Assembly (NCBI GenBank): GCA_018062445.1
Contig: JAGOSG010000001.1
Span: forward strand, 122,426 to 186,425
DNA from: Minisyncoccota bacterium
GTDB taxonomy: Bacteria > Patescibacteriota > Minisyncoccia > Phycocordibacterales > Phycocordibacteraceae
Direction of reading: 5' to 3'
Length of the DNA: 64,000 nt
Part shown: piece after piece, positions 1-10,023 of the stretch
How the letters are laid out: each line of letters begins with the position of its first letter
Position numbering within the stretch: the stretch's first letter is position 1
Notes under the pieces: generated by a model
Database searches by the model: none
Told to the model about the DNA's origin: nothing
Seen by the model: only the letters and a program-made list of their open reading frames with translations
Position numbers and translations under genes: made by a program

Positions 1-826
1 ACACAATGCCAACCGGCCCCGTAATATTTGAGATATCCGCAGACAATGTAAACGCCTGACCAATAAGTGTCCCTAGCCCAATTATGATTCCCTTTGTTTG
101 AGTAATGGTATCGGTAACTCCTGCAACAAAAGCTTTCTCAATAGGTAGCGAGAGCGTCCCTACAAGTGCAGGAGCAATACCAATGACTAATCGTTCAGGG
201 TTTTTAGAATCAAGACCTTTAAGGGGTGTAATGGTGAAATCTTGCTGAACATTGTTTCGAAGAACGCCAACTGTAATGGGGCCCTCTGCACCCTCTATGG
301 CAGCAAGAACATCTTCAGGTTTCTCTATTTTTGTTTCAACACTATTTGAGGAGATGGAAACAATCTCATCCCCTGCTTTGATGCCCGCATTGAATGCGGG
401 GCTACTGGCAAGTACCTGTACTGCTCGTACATGCGGATCCTGTATATACTTTGCATTCTCTGTATCTCCAACGAGCGCAGGGATACCTACCATGAGTGCA
501 CTGGTAGAAAGAATTAAACCTAAGACAAGATTAGAAAATGGCCCCGCAAAAAGTGTTGCGGCTTGGAGAATTTTTGGACGCTTCGCAAATGCTCGAGGAT
601 CATCTAAACCAGCATCGTCTTCACCAACAATCTTTACGAAACCACCAAACGGCAGTGCATTAATTGTGTATTCCGTTTCTCCAATTTTCTTTCCCCACAA
701 TTTTGGAGGAAAGCCAAGACCAAATTCTGGCACTTTCATACCAGAAAGCTTTGCCACAATTAAGTGTCCAAATTCATGCCCCACAATGAGGGCAACGAGC
801 ATGATGATGAAAATGAGTATGGACAT
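1..826 (-). CDS. rseP: RIP metalloprotease RseP (site-2 protease), N-terminal part; runs off the window start
   Basis: Reverse-strand translation from ATG at 826 reads MSILIFIIMLVALIVGHEFGHLIVAKLSGMKVPEFGLGFPPKLWGKK... with the HEFGH zinc motif and a PDZ-like middle. Absent from the ORF track because it is truncated at the edge. The + ORF 252..854 is its antisense shadow. Confidence 0.75.
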   Translation of the reverse strand, partial: MSILIFIIMLVALIVGHEFGHLIVAKLSGMKVPEFGLGFPPKLWGKKIGETEYTINALPFGGFVKIVGEDDAGLDDPRAFAKRPKILQAATLFAGPFSNLVLGLILSTSALMVGIPALVGDTENAKYIQDPHVRAVQVLASSPAFNAGIKAGDEIVSISSNSVETKIEKPEDVLAAIEGAEGPITVGVLRNNVQQDFTITPLKGLDSKNPERLVIGIAPALVGTLSLPIEKAFVAGVTDTITQTKGIIIGLGTLIGQAFTLSADISNITGPVGIV

Positions 827-832
827 AAATGA

Positions 833-908
833 GCTGTCAGCTTTCAGGTTCTAGCTTTCAGCTTGTAATTCTAACCTAGAACCTAGCACCTAGCACCTAA
901 AACCTCTA
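833..908. repeat. dispersed short-repeat family, copy R1 (CAGCTTTCAGGTTCTAGCTTTCAGC...CCTAGAACCTAGCACCTAGCACCTAAAACC)
   Basis: Seen directly; tandem units of GCTGAAAGCTG (here as complement) and CCTAG(A/C)ACC. Confidence 0.65.
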
Positions 909-912
909 AGAA

Positions 913-1467
913 CTATGAAGCCAAATCAGCTTCCTTCTTCTCGGTAGCAACTTCGAGTTTCCCATTTACTTCGTCAACGACTTTCTGAACTTCTGCTTTA
1001 AGACGCTTCACCTCATCCTCACTTGATTCATCCTTCTCGATATCGGAAATTGCTTTTGTTCTGAGGGCTCGAAGTTGAATGCGTGCTTCTTCAAGTTTTC
1101 CTCGCACTAACTTAATCAACTGATGTCTGCGCTCTTCGGTAAGCATCGGAAATGATACGCGAATCCCCTTGTCGTCAGAACCTACTGAAACACCTAAATC
1201 TTCTAGTGTTATAGCCTTTTCGATAGCTTTCACTTGCTCTCTATCCCACGGACTTACATATAAGGTGCGCGCATCTTCAATGGTGATATTTGCAACCTGA
1301 TTCAACTTCATGCGAGAGCCATACACTTCAATAAAAACACCGTCCAAGAGTGCTGGTGTTGCCCGTCCCGTACGGAGACTTGATACTTCGGTGAGTAGCC
1401 AATCCACTTTCTCGAGCGCAAGTTTTTTAAATGTGTTCAGATCGTACATATAGAGCAATTGTACCAA
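913..1467 (-). CDS. frr: ribosome recycling factor
   Basis: 184-aa product with the RRF signature (..VSSLRTGRATPALLDGVFIEVYGS.. and a C-terminal KR-rich helix). True start may be MYDLN at about 1449. Confidence 0.85.
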   Translation of the reverse strand: MVQLLYMYDLNTFKKLALEKVDWLLTEVSSLRTGRATPALLDGVFIEVYGSRMKLNQVANITIEDARTLYVSPWDREQVKAIEKAITLEDLGVSVGSDDKGIRVSFPMLTEERRHQLIKLVRGKLEEARIQLRALRTKAISDIEKDESSEDEVKRLKAEVQKVVDEVNGKLEVATEKKEADLAS

Positions 1468-1504
1468 ACTTCCTGAGAGCGCACAGTGTTAGAATATAGA
1501 TAGT

Positions 1505-2650
1505 ATGACAACAGTGAATCACAAGGGGCTTCGCACATGGATTGAAATAGACCGCCGTGCCATAAGGCACAACTACAAACTCTTCCGCTCTCTCATACCC
1601 AAAACCACTAAATTACTCTCGGTTGTAAAATCAAATGCCTACGGACATTCACATATCGATTTCTCAAAAGAAGTGGAAGAGCTCGGCGTTGATTACATTG
1701 CAGTGGATTCTATCGTTGAAGGATTATCGCTCAGAAAAAATGGCATACAATGTCCCATTCTTGTATTGGGTCACACGCTCCATGTGCGCATCAAAGATGC
1801 AGCGGTTCACGATATACGAGTCGCAGTTTCAAGCATCACGCAATTACACCAGCTTCAAAAAGAAACATTTAAACGGCCACTTAAAATTCATATAAAAGTA
1901 GATACGGGGCTACATCGTCAGGGATTTACTCTTGATGATCTTACAGAAGTTCGTAAATTTCTGGAGTGGAATAAAAAAACAAAACGCGTCGTCGTTGAAG
2001 GTCTCTTTACGCACTTTGCACAAGGGAAAGACCCTCTGCATCCTCTGTACACCAAAAAACAACTTGGGGAATTTGATACATGGGTGAAAGAATTTCATAT
2101 GCTTGGAGTACATCCAATTCTTCATACTGCTGCAACGGGCCCCACGCTCGTATTTCCTGAATCACATTTTGATATGGTGAGAATTGGCATTGGTCTCTAT
2201 GGCATCTGGCCAGATGAAAAGACAAAAAAATATCTTGAAAAGAAATACACACTCAAACCAATCCTATCTTGGAAAGCAGTCGTCTCTGAAGTAAAAAAAC
2301 TTCCAAAAGGAAGTAAGATTGGCTATGACTCAACGGAAACCTTGAAACGAGCGAGTACCGTTGCTGTATGCCCTATTGGCTACTGGCATGGATTTTCTCG
2401 TGCACTCTCATCGCATGGGTTCGTACTTATAAACGGAAAGCGTGCAAAAGTCTTGGGACGAGTATCTATGGATATGATTTCTGTTGATGTAACTGGAATT
2501 AAAAATGTAAAAGTTGGAAGCATTGCAACCATTATCGGTAAAGATGGCAAAGATGAACTGAAAGCGGAAGACGTTGCAGATTCAATGAACGCATCCACAT
2601 ACGAACTTCTAACCCGCATCAATCCACTCATCAAACGACTCTATATTTAG
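1505..2650 (+). CDS. alr: alanine racemase
   Basis: VVKSNAYGHS PLP-lysine motif, 381 aa, typical two-domain length. Confidence 0.85.
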   Translation: MTTVNHKGLRTWIEIDRRAIRHNYKLFRSLIPKTTKLLSVVKSNAYGHSHIDFSKEVEELGVDYIAVDSIVEGLSLRKNGIQCPILVLGHTLHVRIKDAAVHDIRVAVSSITQLHQLQKETFKRPLKIHIKVDTGLHRQGFTLDDLTEVRKFLEWNKKTKRVVVEGLFTHFAQGKDPLHPLYTKKQLGEFDTWVKEFHMLGVHPILHTAATGPTLVFPESHFDMVRIGIGLYGIWPDEKTKKYLEKKYTLKPILSWKAVVSEVKKLPKGSKIGYDSTETLKRASTVAVCPIGYWHGFSRALSSHGFVLINGKRAKVLGRVSMDMISVDVTGIKNVKVGSIATIIGKDGKDELKAEDVADSMNASTYELLTRINPLIKRLYI

Positions 2651-2690
2651 AAGTCAGGTTTCTGGTTCCAGCTTTCAGCTTTTGTGCAAA
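2651..2690. repeat. dispersed short-repeat family, copy R2 (AGTCAGGTTTCTGGTTCCAGCTTTCAGCTTTTG)
   Basis: Seen directly, after the alr stop. Confidence 0.6.
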
Positions 2691-2714
2691 CTCCGGAGGT
2701 TACGCAAAGTGATG

Positions 2715-3083
2715 TCATTCAGGATAGACTCCATATCGTCTATCATGCTCTGCACCCGGTCGTAAATACATACCGCTGTCGTAAGGCTCTTCGAACAAAC
2801 CCTCCATAATCCGACCATTCGACCCTATATTTTTGACCCATCCTAGGACAGCTCCAATCAACGCCCCTGTTCCTGCTCCTGGCAGACTACCAACAAGCCA
2901 CCCTAATCCGGCTCCTGCGGCCGCTCCGATTGACGCATCACGTAGAACATCTGAAGCGACTATCGCATGAGATACATCTCTAGCTTCACTGAATATACGC
3001 TCGTGGTCTGCTGTAATTCTTGCTCCCCACGCCTGACGTGCTGGCCACAATCTCTCGTTGCGCTCCCACAATGTTTCGCTCAT
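2715..3083 (-). CDS. hypothetical small protein with glycine-zipper segment (GAAAGAGLGWLVGSLPGAGTGALIGAVLGWV)
   Basis: ORF only; GxxxG-rich hydrophobic stretch. No recognisable family. Confidence 0.4.
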   Translation of the reverse strand: MSETLWERNERLWPARQAWGARITADHERIFSEARDVSHAIVASDVLRDASIGAAAGAGLGWLVGSLPGAGTGALIGAVLGWVKNIGSNGRIMEGLFEEPYDSGMYLRPGAEHDRRYGVYPE

Positions 3084-3225
3084 ACATTTTTGAGATTAAC
3101 TAAGTTAGTAATTTCGACCTCACATATAGTACTTGTCAAGGTATAAAAAAGTTACTGCATCCGTCCAAACTAAAATGTGCCACACTCAGGTGTAGCACAT
3201 TTGGAGAAGTTTGCAGTTTGGTAAC

Positions 3226-3272
3226 TAGAAGCTGAAAGCTGAAAGCTGGAACCTGAAAGCTTAAATTCTTAA
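3226..3272. repeat. dispersed short-repeat family, copy R3 (AGAAGCTGAAAGCTGAAAGCTGGAACCTGAAAGCTTAAATTC)
   Basis: Seen directly, downstream of holB. Confidence 0.65.
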
Positions 3273-3958
3273 ATGCGGGTGCGAGGGAGAGTGACGGCGA
3301 GATGCCCGAGAACGGCTTTGACGGAGGAGCCTTGCTGGCGCATGTATCCTTGTGCATCAAGTAAATCACGGAGTGCTTGCGGTGAAGCTCCTTTTGTATG
3401 CACTTGCTCTAGCAATTCTTTTGCGAAGGCTCTGCCTGGTGCACGATCTTGGGTCTTTGTTATGTAGCTAGTTATTTTCTCCACCATTTTTAAACGCTCC
3501 TCGAAAGTTGCAGATAAAAATTCCCTTGCCTCTTTCTTTGCGTCCTCATCATCAGAAAGCATGTGCGCATCAGACACTGACACCGCAACGGCTCTAGATT
3601 GAAGTGTCGGCAACACATGCCCGAGTGCATCAATTGAAAAAAAGAAAATTGTGTTGCCTGTAGCCTCTTCAACAACCTTGAGAAGCGCATTTTGAGCCTC
3701 GGTCGTTGCACGACTAAATGTAACAATTAAATATTTCCAATCTTTAAGTGGCTTCAGGGAAGCGTAGGAAGAAATTTCACGAGCGTTATCAACGGAAAGC
3801 TCTGTGAAAGAAAGCACGAGCACATCAGGGTTTCCCGCAGTCTTCACCCCTCTAGTTTCCAGCATCGCCAAAACTTCAGAAGCTCCTTTGCCGGCGTTTC
3901 CTACAACAAGGTAGGCATGATGCATTTCTTTCGTATGAGCGAGTTCGGATACTTTCAT
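3269..3958 (-). CDS. holB: DNA polymerase III delta-prime subunit-like clamp-loader protein
   Basis: HAYLVVG...LLKVVEEATGNTIFFF...LPTLQSR matches the HolB/DnaX-family box pattern (ALLKtLEEPp..t.Fil...LpTI.SR). Confidence 0.65.
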   Translation of the reverse strand: MKVSELAHTKEMHHAYLVVGNAGKGASEVLAMLETRGVKTAGNPDVLVLSFTELSVDNAREISSYASLKPLKDWKYLIVTFSRATTEAQNALLKVVEEATGNTIFFFSIDALGHVLPTLQSRAVAVSVSDAHMLSDDEDAKKEAREFLSATFEERLKMVEKITSYITKTQDRAPGRAFAKELLEQVHTKGASPQALRDLLDAQGYMRQQGSSVKAVLGHLAVTLPRTRI

Positions 3959-3980
3959 GTGTGAATACTAGCATTTACAC

Positions 3981-4997
3981 TTATCTACGCTTCGTAGTCA
4001 TTGTTTTCTTGTAGGTCTCCAAATGGTCGAGTGCAATACCAGTCCCCTTTGCAACACAGAACGCTGCCTCTTCTGCAAGCACTGCGCTCACGCCAGTACG
4101 GCGAAATACCAATTCTGGTAAGTGACGAAGTTGTGATGTGCCACCAGTCATAATAATTCCTTTGTCGATGATGTCGGCGGCGAGCTCTGGTGGAGTTTCT
4201 TGAAGTACTGTTCGTATTGCCTTTATCATCTCTCTAAGCTCTCGAGAGATTGCTCGCACAATTTCATTGGTAGAAACAGTTGCGGTTCGCGGGAGTCCCG
4301 ACAATAAGTCGCGCCCCTTAATTGCCATAGAGAGCTCTTCTTCAACAGGCACTGCGGAACCAATGCCAATTTTAATATCTTCAGCCGTCTTATCGCCAAT
4401 AGCGAGATTGTAGGTTTTCTTTATGTAGTCTGCGATTGCCTGATCAATACGATTGCCTGCACATTTCACTGAAGTTGAGGCAACGATGCCCCCCAAGGAA
4501 ATAACTGCAACGTCAATAGTGCCTCCACCAACATCGGCAATCATGTGCCCTCGGGGTTCATGAATAGGAATACCTGCACCAATGGCTGCAAGAATTGGCT
4601 CCTTAATAACATACGCATTTCGAGCACCCGCTTTAAGTCCTGCCTCAACGACAGCCCGTCTCTCTGTTGAAGTAACTCCTGCAGGAACAGAAACAATGAC
4701 ATCAGGTTTAAAAAGATTCCATGCGCCTAACGATTTTTTAATGTAGTAGCGGAGCATTGCTTCCGTAACACGATAATCGGCAATGACGCCGTCTTTCATG
4801 GGTCTGTAGGCAATGATTGAATCAGGAGTTCTACCAACCATCTCTTTTGCTTCAGAGCCGATTGCCAAAATTTTACGATCGTGGACTGACACGGCAACAA
4901 CGGATGGTTCGTTCAAAACAACACCATATCCTGGCACATACACCAATGTGGTTGTGGTGCCGAGATCAATTCCGAGCCTTGGAGAAAAGAATGACAT
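3981..4997 (-). CDS. mreB: rod shape-determining protein MreB
   Basis: MSFFSPRLGIDLGTTTTLVYV... actin-fold ATPase motifs. Start trimmed to the ATG at 4997; the track ORF extends to 5120 with non-homologous leader residues. Confidence 0.85.
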   Translation of the reverse strand: MSFFSPRLGIDLGTTTTLVYVPGYGVVLNEPSVVAVSVHDRKILAIGSEAKEMVGRTPDSIIAYRPMKDGVIADYRVTEAMLRYYIKKSLGAWNLFKPDVIVSVPAGVTSTERRAVVEAGLKAGARNAYVIKEPILAAIGAGIPIHEPRGHMIADVGGGTIDVAVISLGGIVASTSVKCAGNRIDQAIADYIKKTYNLAIGDKTAEDIKIGIGSAVPVEEELSMAIKGRDLLSGLPRTATVSTNEIVRAISRELREMIKAIRTVLQETPPELAADIIDKGIIMTGGTSQLRHLPELVFRRTGVSAVLAEEAAFCVAKGTGIALDHLETYKKTMTTKRR

Positions 4998-5102
4998 GGC
5001 GAATAATTGTAGCAGATGAGGCGTACAAATGAGCACTTGACAAATACATCGATTGGAGTACAGTATTTGTTCAATCGCGCTTAGTGGAATAAACAAAAAA
5101 AT

Positions 5103-5378
5103 ATGGCTTTTGATGGACACATAGAAGTAGCAGTAGCAGAAACAAACTCGCTTTCAGCCATGTGGGACGATTTGCATTTGTGGGGAACACACCCTGACGC
5201 TGATGCGCAACCTCGATACAGCTACGAACCGAAAGGATGGAGTCCACAATATGAACCTGATGCCGAACACCCTGAAGCTACACCGTCAAAGAAAAGCGGT
5301 TGGGGTGAAGCTTTCATCGGTCTACTTTTAGGATGGATGGTGAAGCGAGCTCAGAAAAAAAACAAGAAACATACATAA
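5103..5378 (+). CDS. hypothetical small protein, C-terminal hydrophobic helix
   Basis: ORF only. Overlaps the next ORF 5333..5575 in another frame, so one of the two may be spurious. Confidence 0.3.
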   Translation: MAFDGHIEVAVAETNSLSAMWDDLHLWGTHPDADAQPRYSYEPKGWSPQYEPDAEHPEATPSKKSGWGEAFIGLLLGWMVKRAQKKNKKHT

Positions 5379-5586
5379 AACTTATGCGTTTTTTTAGAAA
5401 AGAAAAACCCGTACCTCCTGTACCTGGCAACCACGAACTGAATGTTGATTTAAAAACAGGTCTTTGGGATGGCAAAACACCGGCAGCAAGTAGACCTCCA
5501 CGAATGTTTATCGATGGTGTAGATGAACATGTACAACCGTGGCCCACTGAGCCAAAATTTGAGGAACATCTCTAAAATTTTAACTA

Positions 5587-6033
5587 TTGTCAGGATACAA
5601 GAATGAAAACATGAGTGAATCAGCAGAAGCATTTTTTGAAGAAAGAGGTCCACGTTTTAGTGGACCTCTTTTCGAACGTCAGTTAGAAATTCCAACACTG
5701 AAAATGCTCACAGGTACGAGAAGTCAACCGGCAGGCACTCACCTGTCGCGACTTCCCCACCAAGAACCGTCGGTCACCTTTGTTAGCAGAGGAATGAAAG
5801 AACCTAAAGCAAGAAACATCTTTGAGAGTACTGGACATGGGTTAATGAGAATAATAGCTCTACCAGTTGGTGCCACATTGTTTACTCTAGGAATGCTCGT
5901 TGATTCTGGACTTGCAATCGGCTTTGCTGGTGGCGGACACCTCACAGGTCCAATTGCTGCACTAGCTACCGTTGCAACAGCAACATGGATAGCGGGAGCA
6001 AAGTTGTGGGAGTTTGGAATTGGGAAAAAATAA
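5587..6033 (+). CDS. hypothetical protein with C-terminal glycine-zipper membrane segment
   Basis: ORF only; GLAIGFAGGGHLTGPIAALATVATATWIAGA. Confidence 0.35.
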   Translation: MSGYKNENMSESAEAFFEERGPRFSGPLFERQLEIPTLKMLTGTRSQPAGTHLSRLPHQEPSVTFVSRGMKEPKARNIFESTGHGLMRIIALPVGATLFTLGMLVDSGLAIGFAGGGHLTGPIAALATVATATWIAGAKLWEFGIGKK

Positions 6034-6043
6034 AGAGAGTTAA

Positions 6044-7318
6044 TTACGATCTCGTAATTTTTAACCCAACGCCTGCAAGGCGTTTTTCAATAGCTTCGTA
6101 TCCCCTGTCCATCAAGTGAGCATTACCAACATGCGATGTGCCGTCAGCAATAGCAGCGGCAAGGATGTATGCCAAACCAGCGCGAATATCAGGCCCATCA
6201 ATATCGCGTGCTTTGAGTGGAGTTTTCCCTTTCACTGTGGCGCGATGTGGATTCACCACGGCAATTTTTGCACCCATACTCACAAGCTCGGTTGTGTAGT
6301 TTAAGCGACCATTAAAAATAGTTTCTACCACAGTACTCTCTCCTTCAGCCTGAGTAAGAGCCACCATCATAGGAGCTTGAGCATCTGTTGGAAAACCTGG
6401 GTATTCGTGCGTGCGTAACTTTACCGAATTGAGAGTTTGAGGTGCTCGGATAGTAATTGAATCTTTTCCTACAGTAAGCATGGCACCCATCATGTGAAGA
6501 ATTTCAAGCACTGCATCTAAATGTTCTGGAATAACACCAGTGACAGTAAGCTCTTCGCCTGCAATTGCACCGAGAGCAAGAAAAGTTGCTGCTTCAATGC
6601 GGTCAGGCACTATGGCAAATGCCGATGTTGGTTGAGTAAGAGTTGAGGGATGAATAATAATGGTTGGAGTACCTGCTCCTTCAATATTTGCACCACATGA
6701 TTTTAAAAATTCAGCGAGAGCAACAATCTCTGGCTCCATCGCACAATTTTTTAAAGTAACCGGAGCTTTTGCCAAAGGTGCTGCCATCATGAATGTCTCT
6801 GTTGCGGTTACTGAAACAATCCTGAAAAATATTTCCCCGCCAGAAATACCGTTTGGTGCTGAGAGCGTGTACGAATCTCCACTTTCCAAATAACTAGCAC
6901 CGAGCTTTTGAAAGCCAGAAATAAAAATATCAATAGGCCTCTCCCCAATCACATCACCCCCAGGATGAGGGAATGTGACGCTTCCTAGGCGTGCGAGCAA
7001 GGGCCCAATGAGCACAATCGAAGCACGCATTGATTTTGCGAGTACGGGATCCAAAACACTTCCCGACAAGCCCTTTGCGCTTACTGTAAGCTCACTACCT
7101 TTGTGAGTAACAAACGCACCCAAGCCCTCAAGTATCCGGCCGAGTGAAGTAACATCTGCAATGTTTGGAACATTGGTAAACTTTGACTCCCCTTCAATGA
7201 GAATAGCTGCCGCCATCACCTTTAGAACATTATTTTTTGCACCATACACAGGAATAGAGCCCTTGAGGGTTTTCTTTCCTGCTAGGCCTTCGATGGTGAA
7301 CACATTTTTTGATGTCAT
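6044..7318 (-). CDS. murA: UDP-N-acetylglucosamine 1-carboxyvinyltransferase
   Basis: 424 aa, colinear with MurA/EPSP-synthase fold (MTSKNVFTIEGLAGKKTLKGSIPVYGAKNNVLKVMAAAIL...). Confidence 0.9.
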   Translation of the reverse strand: MTSKNVFTIEGLAGKKTLKGSIPVYGAKNNVLKVMAAAILIEGESKFTNVPNIADVTSLGRILEGLGAFVTHKGSELTVSAKGLSGSVLDPVLAKSMRASIVLIGPLLARLGSVTFPHPGGDVIGERPIDIFISGFQKLGASYLESGDSYTLSAPNGISGGEIFFRIVSVTATETFMMAAPLAKAPVTLKNCAMEPEIVALAEFLKSCGANIEGAGTPTIIIHPSTLTQPTSAFAIVPDRIEAATFLALGAIAGEELTVTGVIPEHLDAVLEILHMMGAMLTVGKDSITIRAPQTLNSVKLRTHEYPGFPTDAQAPMMVALTQAEGESTVVETIFNGRLNYTTELVSMGAKIAVVNPHRATVKGKTPLKARDIDGPDIRAGLAYILAAAIADGTSHVGNAHLMDRGYEAIEKRLAGVGLKITRS

Positions 7319-7339
7319 TGGCTCTATTGTACACGAATG

Positions 7340-7422
7340 CCTCAGGTTCTAGGGACTAGGTTTTAGGTTATAGCTTTTCTGACCAAAAGCTGGAAGCTGA
7401 CAGCTGAAACCTGTAAGCTAAT
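7340..7422. repeat. dispersed short-repeat family, copy R4 (CCTCAGGTTCTAGGGACTAGGTTTTAGGTTATAGC...AAGCTGGAAGCTGACAGCTGAAACCTGTAAGC)
   Basis: Seen directly, between divergent murA and priA. Confidence 0.65.
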
Positions 7423-7425
7423 ACT

Positions 7426-9357
7426 ATGTTCATCGTCCGTGTCATGCCCATAGCACGAGGGGTTTTTCGGGATCACCTAACATTCTTTTCTCGTGACGCT
7501 ATACCTGCAGGCATGATAGTAACTGTCTCCGTTCGTAATAGATCACTCCCTGCACTTGTTATTGAGAGTCGAGACGCGCGTGAAGAAAAACTCGATCTTC
7601 GTAGTGCTGATTTTTCATTAAAGAAAATCTCACCAAAAACAAAACCGAAACGCATTGTCACGAGTGCATTTGTTGCGGCGGTGAAAGATGCGGCGCTCTG
7701 GCATGGGGTACATGAGAGCGTTATGTTTGCAACGCTTACATCACAAGTAATTTTGACCGCTTCCAATAAACTCGAAGCCGTTCTTGAGCCAACAGCCGAG
7801 CTTAATCTCGAAACCGAGCCTGTCGTGCGCGCAGATCTTTTGGTCTTGCAAGCTGAAAAAGAAGAACGTGTTCGAACTTATAGAAATCTTGCTCGAGAAT
7901 CATTTGCTCGCGGTGAATCGGTCATGATTATAGTACCTACGGTTATTGAGGCAGAACAGATGGAAGAAAATTTGAAGCGTGGAATTGAAGACCATGTACT
8001 TCTACTTACCAGTGAAGTAAGTAAGAAAAAAATAATTGAAGCGTGGAATCGATGCAGTACCGACACAAAACCAGTGCTCATCATTGGAACTGCCTTCGCA
8101 CTTTCTGCACCACGCGTGAACATTGGCACAATAGTTGTTGAACGTGAAAGTGCGCGTGGATACCGAGGATTTTCCAGGCCTCATGTAGATGTACGCAGAT
8201 GCGCGGAATCCCTCTGCAGAAGAATGGGTGCGAGACTCATACTTGCAGATTTTCCGCTACGCATAGAAACACGCTATCGAGTAGATGCACATGAAATGGA
8301 CGAGCTAGCGAGGTCCCAAGTAAGACCAAGCGGAACTGCCGAGATATCAATTGTCGACACGAGAAAAAAAGAAATACCATTAGAGCAAACATCGAAAAAA
8401 GTTAGACGGGTCTTTACTGCACTCACTGAGGAAACAAAAGAAAAGATACATCGCGAAATACTTCGCGGTGGTCGTGCAATTGTTTTTGCAGCACGGCGTG
8501 GTATTGCCCCTCTCACTGTATGCAATGATTGTGGCACTCCAGTAACTGACCCTCACACTGGCGTACCAATGGTTCTCCATAAAACTGCCGATGGTAATCA
8601 ATTCATGTCACACCGAAGCGGTGCGACATTACCATCAGAAACACCTTGTAAAACATGCAAAGGGTGGAATTTGGTGACCTTAGGTATTGGAGTTGAGCGA
8701 GTGGCAGATGAGTTAGCGAAAGCATTCCCTGATTCCCCACTTATCACATTTACAAAAGATAGTGCGCCCACACATCGCGCAGCAAAAAAACTCTCGGAAG
8801 AATTTTTCTCTACCGCAGGGACAATACTCGTTGGTACTGAGCGAATGCTTCCATATCTAAAAAAGCCAGTAGAAATTGTGGCCGTGGCTTCGCTTGACAG
8901 CATGCTCTCTATTACCGCATGGCGCGCACACGAACACACTCTTTCTATTCTGTTCTATCTTCAAGAACATGCCGAGTTAGAGTTTATTGTAGAAACACGA
9001 AAACCAGACAGTGAAGTAATGAAAACTTTTGCCTCTGGAAATCCTGCGGATTTTTACCGTGGAGACATTAGGGAACGCGAACAATATGGATATCCTCCGT
9101 TCACTACCTTTATAGGGCTTCTATGGAAAGGAACAAAAGTAAGTGTAGAAAAAACTAGTCTTGCTATAACAGAAATATTTTCCGACATTGACTTAGTTGG
9201 ACCCCTTCCTCCTATAGCAGTTGGGAAAAGTGAGTGGAGTGCCCGCGCAGTCATACGTATACCACGGCGCGAATGGCCAAATATCACGCTCACCGAGCGT
9301 ATCCGCGCATTACCTCCTAATATAGAGATAACCGTAGATCCTGATGAGATAGTCTGA
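7426..9357 (+). CDS. priA: primosomal protein N-prime (PriA)-like replication restart protein
   Basis: 643 aa; cysteine cluster CNDCGTPV...CKTCKG typical of the PriA zinc-binding insert; N-terminal 3-prime-DNA-binding-like region. Helicase motifs look degenerate. Confidence 0.6.
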   Translation: MFIVRVMPIARGVFRDHLTFFSRDAIPAGMIVTVSVRNRSLPALVIESRDAREEKLDLRSADFSLKKISPKTKPKRIVTSAFVAAVKDAALWHGVHESVMFATLTSQVILTASNKLEAVLEPTAELNLETEPVVRADLLVLQAEKEERVRTYRNLARESFARGESVMIIVPTVIEAEQMEENLKRGIEDHVLLLTSEVSKKKIIEAWNRCSTDTKPVLIIGTAFALSAPRVNIGTIVVERESARGYRGFSRPHVDVRRCAESLCRRMGARLILADFPLRIETRYRVDAHEMDELARSQVRPSGTAEISIVDTRKKEIPLEQTSKKVRRVFTALTEETKEKIHREILRGGRAIVFAARRGIAPLTVCNDCGTPVTDPHTGVPMVLHKTADGNQFMSHRSGATLPSETPCKTCKGWNLVTLGIGVERVADELAKAFPDSPLITFTKDSAPTHRAAKKLSEEFFSTAGTILVGTERMLPYLKKPVEIVAVASLDSMLSITAWRAHEHTLSILFYLQEHAELEFIVETRKPDSEVMKTFASGNPADFYRGDIREREQYGYPPFTTFIGLLWKGTKVSVEKTSLAITEIFSDIDLVGPLPPIAVGKSEWSARAVIRIPRREWPNITLTERIRALPPNIEITVDPDEIV

Positions 9358-9447
9358 GGAAGCTGCCAGCTGTCAGGTTTCAGCTGTTAGCTTTTTGGAC
9401 TTTGAATTTTAAGCTGGAAGCTATAAGCTAGAAGCTGAAAGCTAATA
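9358..9447. repeat. dispersed short-repeat family, copy R5 (GGAAGCTGCCAGCTGTCAGGTTTCAGCTGTTAGC...AAGCTGGAAGCTATAAGCTAGAAGCTGAAAGC)
   Basis: Seen directly, between priA and def. Confidence 0.65.
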
Positions 9448-9450
9448 TAT

Positions 9451-9996
9451 ATGATTGACCCGATAGTTATCAAAGGAGCAAAAATCCTTAAACAAAAAAT
9501 GAAAGAGGTTCCAAAAAGTCTTTTTGGAACAGCGGAACTCCGAGATATTTTGCACCGCATGTCTCGCTCGCTTCGAAGTACTTCACATGGCGTTGCAATA
9601 GCTGCAAATCAAATAGGTATTCCCTATCGTATATTCGTCGTACGAGGATTTGTTCTTGAAAGCAAAGACAGAAACGATATCGCCCTCAAACCAGATGATG
9701 ACGCCGACTATGCATTCATTAATCCTAAAATAGTAAAAATTTCGAGGAAAAAAGAACTCCTTGATGAGGCATGTCTTTCAGTACCAGGGTTTCATGGCAC
9801 CATAAAGCGCTCTCTTCAAGCAACGGTGCGTGCATATGATATTGAGGGTATTCGCTTTGAACGAGGTGGCAGTGGGCTACTTGCGCAAATATTCCAGCAT
9901 GAGACAGATCATCTTGAAGGAATCCTCTATGTAGATAAAGCAGTGGAGGTGCTAAAAGCAAAAGAAGAAAGCGAGCTAGAAAAAGAAGAAAAATAG
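9451..9996 (+). CDS. def: peptide deformylase
   Basis: GVAIAANQIG, EACLSVPG and QHETDHLEG motifs. Confidence 0.85.
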   Translation: MIDPIVIKGAKILKQKMKEVPKSLFGTAELRDILHRMSRSLRSTSHGVAIAANQIGIPYRIFVVRGFVLESKDRNDIALKPDDDADYAFINPKIVKISRKKELLDEACLSVPGFHGTIKRSLQATVRAYDIEGIRFERGGSGLLAQIFQHETDHLEGILYVDKAVEVLKAKEESELEKEEK

Positions 9997-10023
9997 AAAC
10001 ACCGCATCAATACAATTAATTGC

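Noticed and set aside
252-854. 200-aa + strand ORF
   Set aside because: It is the antisense shadow of the rseP gene (HEFGH protease on the minus strand, 1..826). Its amino-acid composition is non-protein-like.
5333-5575. 80-aa ORF overlapping 5103..5378 in another frame
   Set aside because: Cannot tell which of the two overlapping small ORFs is real; only the upstream one is listed, at low confidence.
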